From NCBI GenBank assembly GCA_044345055.1, contig JBIJBT010000087.1:1-10574 (forward strand): a stretch of 10,574 nucleotides of DNA, in the 5' to 3' direction. The DNA comes from Bdellovibrionota bacterium (GTDB lineage: Bacteria; Bdellovibrionota_C; UBA2361; OMIW01). The translations under genes and the position numbers were made by a program. Below the pieces are notes generated by a model. It saw nothing but the letters and a program-made list of their open reading frames with translations, was not told where the DNA came from and did no database searches. Positions 7,480 through 10,574 of the stretch are shown here, piece after piece (position 1 is the first letter of the stretch; each line of letters starts with the position of its first letter).

Positions 7480-7511
7480 GCGGGCATCATCTGGACCACC
7501 TTTTGATGGGA

Positions 7512-7622
7512 CTCGATCAACCATGCTCCGGCCAGCAAGCGCCGAGGTGGCGGTTGATCGAGAAAAAACATCTTTAACGGGGATACCCCTTAGGTAAGAG
7601 GGGTGCGTCGCTGCGCCCTTCT
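7512..7622 (+). terminator. Two hairpins in the pfkA/htpX convergent gap (possible terminator or 3'-UTR structure)
   Basis: Perfect 11-bp arms CTCGATCAACC (7512-7522) / GGTTGATCGAG (7552-7562) with inner CGGC/GCCG pairing. Second stem AGAGGGGTGCG-TCGC-TGCGCCCTTCT (7597-7622) has three G-U pairs on the + strand. There is no canonical U tract. Confidence 0.45.
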
Positions 7623-7644
7623 GTTGATCTGAGTACCTACTCAA

Positions 7645-8544
7645 TTAGAGCGGTGTCTGCGCCAACCGCGCGAGCCGATCGCTAATTGGTGGGTGGGTCC
7701 GAAATAGCGCGAGCCATCCACCCTGGGGTGAGGATATCTTCATCGCTGCCAACGCCGGTTGGGGCTGGGCAGGAACTTCAAAAACCCGTCCCAATCGCTC
7801 GAGAGCACTACTCATCTTATCTTTCGTTACTGACAGTCGAGCACTGCCGATATCTGCGCGATATTCTCGTTGCCGCGAGTACCAGCAGACTACGATGCTT
7901 CCGAGGAGAGTGAGGAAAATATCAGCGACCATTGATACGACATAAAAAATGGTCGGATTGATGTCGCCCTCCTCATCCCTAGAGCTCATCGCCTGCGCTA
8001 CCGCATATGCAATGATTCGGGAAACAAAGAGAGAAAAGGCGTTAACGACACCCTGTAAGAGGGTCATCGTCACCATGTCACCGTTCTGAATATGAGCGAT
8101 TTCGTGACCAATAACTCCCTCAATTTCATCTCGATTCATCTGCCGCAATAAGCCGCTAGAGACCGCAACAAGCGAGCGCGATTTAGTTGGTCCGGTTGCA
8201 AACGCATTGACCTCGGCGCTATCGTATACACCGACTTCGGGCATTGCTGGCAGCTTTGCACGACGAGCAAGATCGTGAACCATCTGAACTAACCACGAGA
8301 ACTCTCCCGGATTTCGAGGATCTACGGCCGAGACTCCTTGCATCCACTTTGCCATCTGCCGAGACATAGCGAGAGAGATGAGCGCTCCAGAGAATCCCCA
8401 AACCAATGAAAAGGCGGCCAGCGCTCCAATATCTAACCCAGATCTCGTCAGATAAGGTTTAATGCCCAAAAAATTTACGACCAGCGAAATGGTGAGCATG
8501 ACCAAAATATTGGTCAATACAAACAAAAAAATTCTCTTTACCAT
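7645..8544 (-). CDS. htpX: Membrane zinc metalloprotease HtpX (peptidase M48B)
   Basis: 299 aa. MVKRIFLFVLTN start, NAFATG, HEIAHIQNGDMVTMTLLQGVVN (HExxH), SRQREYRAD and THPP. AAGGAG/AAGGG RBS upstream. Confidence 0.96.
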   Translation of the reverse strand: MVKRIFLFVLTNILVMLTISLVVNFLGIKPYLTRSGLDIGALAAFSLVWGFSGALISLAMSRQMAKWMQGVSAVDPRNPGEFSWLVQMVHDLARRAKLPAMPEVGVYDSAEVNAFATGPTKSRSLVAVSSGLLRQMNRDEIEGVIGHEIAHIQNGDMVTMTLLQGVVNAFSLFVSRIIAYAVAQAMSSRDEEGDINPTIFYVVSMVADIFLTLLGSIVVCWYSRQREYRADIGSARLSVTKDKMSSALERLGRVFEVPAQPQPALAAMKISSPQGGWLALFRTHPPISDRLARLAQTPL

Positions 8545-8801
8545 AAAGCCCTTACGCTCCTTTAGCCTCTAAGACAAGTGTTCGGCCCGCTTGATATCGG
8601 ATGATAGTATCGTTCGTGTCCGAGCCTCTGTACACGTGGTCTCTAAATCTCAATCCGATTCGAGATAATTGTAACCTGTATCTATTTCAAGGGGAAACGC
8701 TAGTTAAATTGCCATCAGACGATTATAAATACTGCTTTCCCGACGAATTGAAACCTCTTGCCCACTCATTGCATCATCATTAAGGGCCTAGTCGGAGATT
8801 T

Positions 8802-9530
8802 TTGAGACCTGTCACCTTTCTTCAGAGTCGTGTCATTAATACAAAAAAGCGCCAGATCTTTCTAGCTTTTGGGATGCTTACCCTCTCCCTTGCGATCGGT
8901 TACCGAGCGTGGGGCACGGTGTCAGGAAGCTATCGAGACCAGGTGGTCTTGAGCGGTATTTTATCGTCGACCCCTCAGTCGTTTCGGATAACTGCGGGTG
9001 GGCAGTGTGTCGGGGTGCTTGCAACGAGCAACGGTCCAGAAAATGAAAAAAATGAGGACCCGACTTTTTGGGGTGGTGGACATATCAATCTGAAGTGGAA
9101 CGGCCGCATCGTAACAATCGGTGGCCACTATCGGCTGATAGCAGACTTCATGAACCGACTATCGGTTGTTTCAGCCACAATTAGTGGGCTCTCCAATTCC
9201 GCTCAACTTACCCTTATGGGCTCGGACAAATATCAGGGAACTCTGAGCATCTCCACGAACGGAGCTTCTCAGAGTGCTGAACCACCGCGATCTATTCCGT
9301 TGGTGCTGCCCGGTCCTCTTACAATCAGCCGTCAATCGGACGGCACCTTTGATATTCTTGCCCCGATCCGTTCGTTCCAAAACAAAACTCACGCTCCTTT
9401 TCGCTCAATCGTTTCGTTTGAGAGGGGAAGCTGTGACCCAAATGGAGCTCTCGATCTTTCGAAAATTCTACAACAGCTATCGGCTGATTATGGCAAGATG
9501 CAATTTCCATTAACGATACCGATGCAATGA
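8802..9530 (+). CDS. Hypothetical membrane-anchored or secreted protein (242 aa)
   Basis: GGAG just upstream of the TTG start. KKR followed by hydrophobic QIFLAFGMLTLSLAIGY (signal or anchor). The remainder is G/S/T-rich with alternating beta-strand patterns and two Cys. Its stop overlaps the next start (ATGA). Confidence 0.7.
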   Translation: MRPVTFLQSRVINTKKRQIFLAFGMLTLSLAIGYRAWGTVSGSYRDQVVLSGILSSTPQSFRITAGGQCVGVLATSNGPENEKNEDPTFWGGGHINLKWNGRIVTIGGHYRLIADFMNRLSVVSATISGLSNSAQLTLMGSDKYQGTLSISTNGASQSAEPPRSIPLVLPGPLTISRQSDGTFDILAPIRSFQNKTHAPFRSIVSFERGSCDPNGALDLSKILQQLSADYGKMQFPLTIPMQ

Positions 9531-10574
9531 TTGAACCGATGATACTTCTTTATCCATCATGGTGTCGCGCTCGTAGAATGTTCTCTTCGGGTGAGAGCTC
9601 GCGCTCGGATCAGCTTCGGTATTTGACGCTCGCTATAAGCTTAGCTGTTCTTCTTTGTGGGGTTTATCGGGGAGTAGGATGGTTTCTGGTGGAGATGGGT
9701 AGTTCACCATTTCTCTCTACACTTCTTCCGGATGTCATTCTCGACCTTTTTCTCTTATCGACCGGGAGTATTAGCTTTATTTCAAATCTTGCCACAACGC
9801 TCGGCATTCTTTTTTTTGCAGATGATCTTGAATTGATTCTTGCATCACCTCTCTCAGCTCCCCGCTTTTTGCTTGGCCGATTTGGAAGAGTTTGGCTTCT
9901 CTGCTCATGGATGCCCCTTATCTTTGCTATTCCTGTTATCTCTGCAATTGGTATTCATTATAACGCTCCACCTCTATTTTATATCTCAGCAGCTGTCCTG
10001 ATTCCGGCAACTCTTCTACTGCCGACAATTCTCGCCGCGCTGATAGCGATACCGCTTGCTCACTCACTCCCCCGACTTGCACTCAAAGGAACACGGGTGC
10101 TGTTGATTGGTTGTGGTGTGATACTTGTTGCTTTGGTGATGTACATCCTTCCAACAGTTCTAAATGAGGCAAACTCAACCGATCGGATAGTGCGACTATT
10201 TTATTATCTAACCCTACCCGATAACCGATTTCTCCCTATTCGGTGGGTCTCCACAATACTCTCTGCATTGGCCACCAATACTCCCGCGCCGCTAGCCGCA
10301 TACGCACTGCTTTTTGGGTCGCTCATCGGTGTTGGTATTTCATTAACGTTTTTGCTCTACGCGTCGCTGTATCCGCAAACCTATGCTCTCAATAAAACAG
10401 CCTCGCACGCTTCAGAAACTACATTTTCGATCGCCAAAATTGTGGAGCGTTTGATGCGGCGAAAATCAGCCCAATCTCGGGCAGTAATTACCGCAGAACT
10501 TGGCTACCTCATCCGAGACTGGACATCACTTTTTGAAATTTGCATACTTGTGATTCTCGGTTCGATATATCTCT
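9527..10574 (+). CDS. Putative ABC-2-type transporter permease (multi-pass 'putative ABC exporter' type); truncated by the window end
   Basis: Manual translation from ATG 9527 gives 349 codons with no stop. It has many hydrophobic helices and the motifs LFFADDLELILASPLSAPRFLLGRF, FLPIRW and a second-repeat start RAVITAELGYLIRD, typical of this permease family. It is absent from the ORF track because its stop lies outside the window. Confidence 0.8.
   Translation, partial: MIEPMILLYPSWCRARRMFSSGESSRSDQLRYLTLAISLAVLLCGVYRGVGWFLVEMGSSPFLSTLLPDVILDLFLLSTGSISFISNLATTLGILFFADDLELILASPLSAPRFLLGRFGRVWLLCSWMPLIFAIPVISAIGIHYNAPPLFYISAAVLIPATLLLPTILAALIAIPLAHSLPRLALKGTRVLLIGCGVILVALVMYILPTVLNEANSTDRIVRLFYYLTLPDNRFLPIRWVSTILSALATNTPAPLAAYALLFGSLIGVGISLTFLLYASLYPQTYALNKTASHASETTFSIAKIVERLMRRKSAQSRAVITAELGYLIRDWTSLFEICILVILGSIYL

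Noticed and set aside
8562..8584. CIRCE-like TTAGCCTC...AAGTGTTCG upstream of htpX
   Set aside because: The arms are degenerate and the spacing does not match TTAGCACTC-N9-GAGTGCTAA.
5401..9513. Remaining short overlapping ORFs (e.g. 5427-5816 +, 5919-6221 -, 6742-7146 -, 7213-7644 -, 8601-8783 +)
   Set aside because: They overlap better-supported genes or promoter regions and show no motifs or RBS support.
1..10574. CRISPR array, tRNA/rRNA genes, transposase or integrase
   Set aside because: I saw no regularly spaced repeats, RNA-gene signatures or recombinase motifs on either strand.

Overview
Bacterial window with two parts. The left ~3.3 kb looks like the edge of a defence island. On the minus strand, a GIY-YIG(T5orf172-like)/SF2-helicase restriction protein (1161 to <1, missing from the ORF track because it runs off the window) is translationally coupled to an Eco57I-like N6-adenine methyltransferase gene. 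Only the C-terminal (target-recognition) half of that gene is present; its SAM-binding and NPPY motifs are missing. A cluster of short direct and inverted repeats lies next to the breakpoint. Divergent from it is an AAA_14/DUF4143 (COG1373-type) ATPase-wHTH-PD-(D/E)xK gene. It appears leaderless, and a 33-bp palindrome covers its promoter and start codon. The rest is mostly housekeeping: an RluB/RsuA-family pseudouridine synthase with a ~195-aa charged disordered tail, a low-complexity hypothetical protein, a clade-X-type ATP-dependent 6-phosphofructokinase, HtpX, and a membrane-anchored hypothetical protein coupled to an ABC-2-type permease that runs off the right end. Both convergent gene junctions carry similarly built ~50-bp hairpins. 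Family assignments come from motif recognition by eye, not from database searches.
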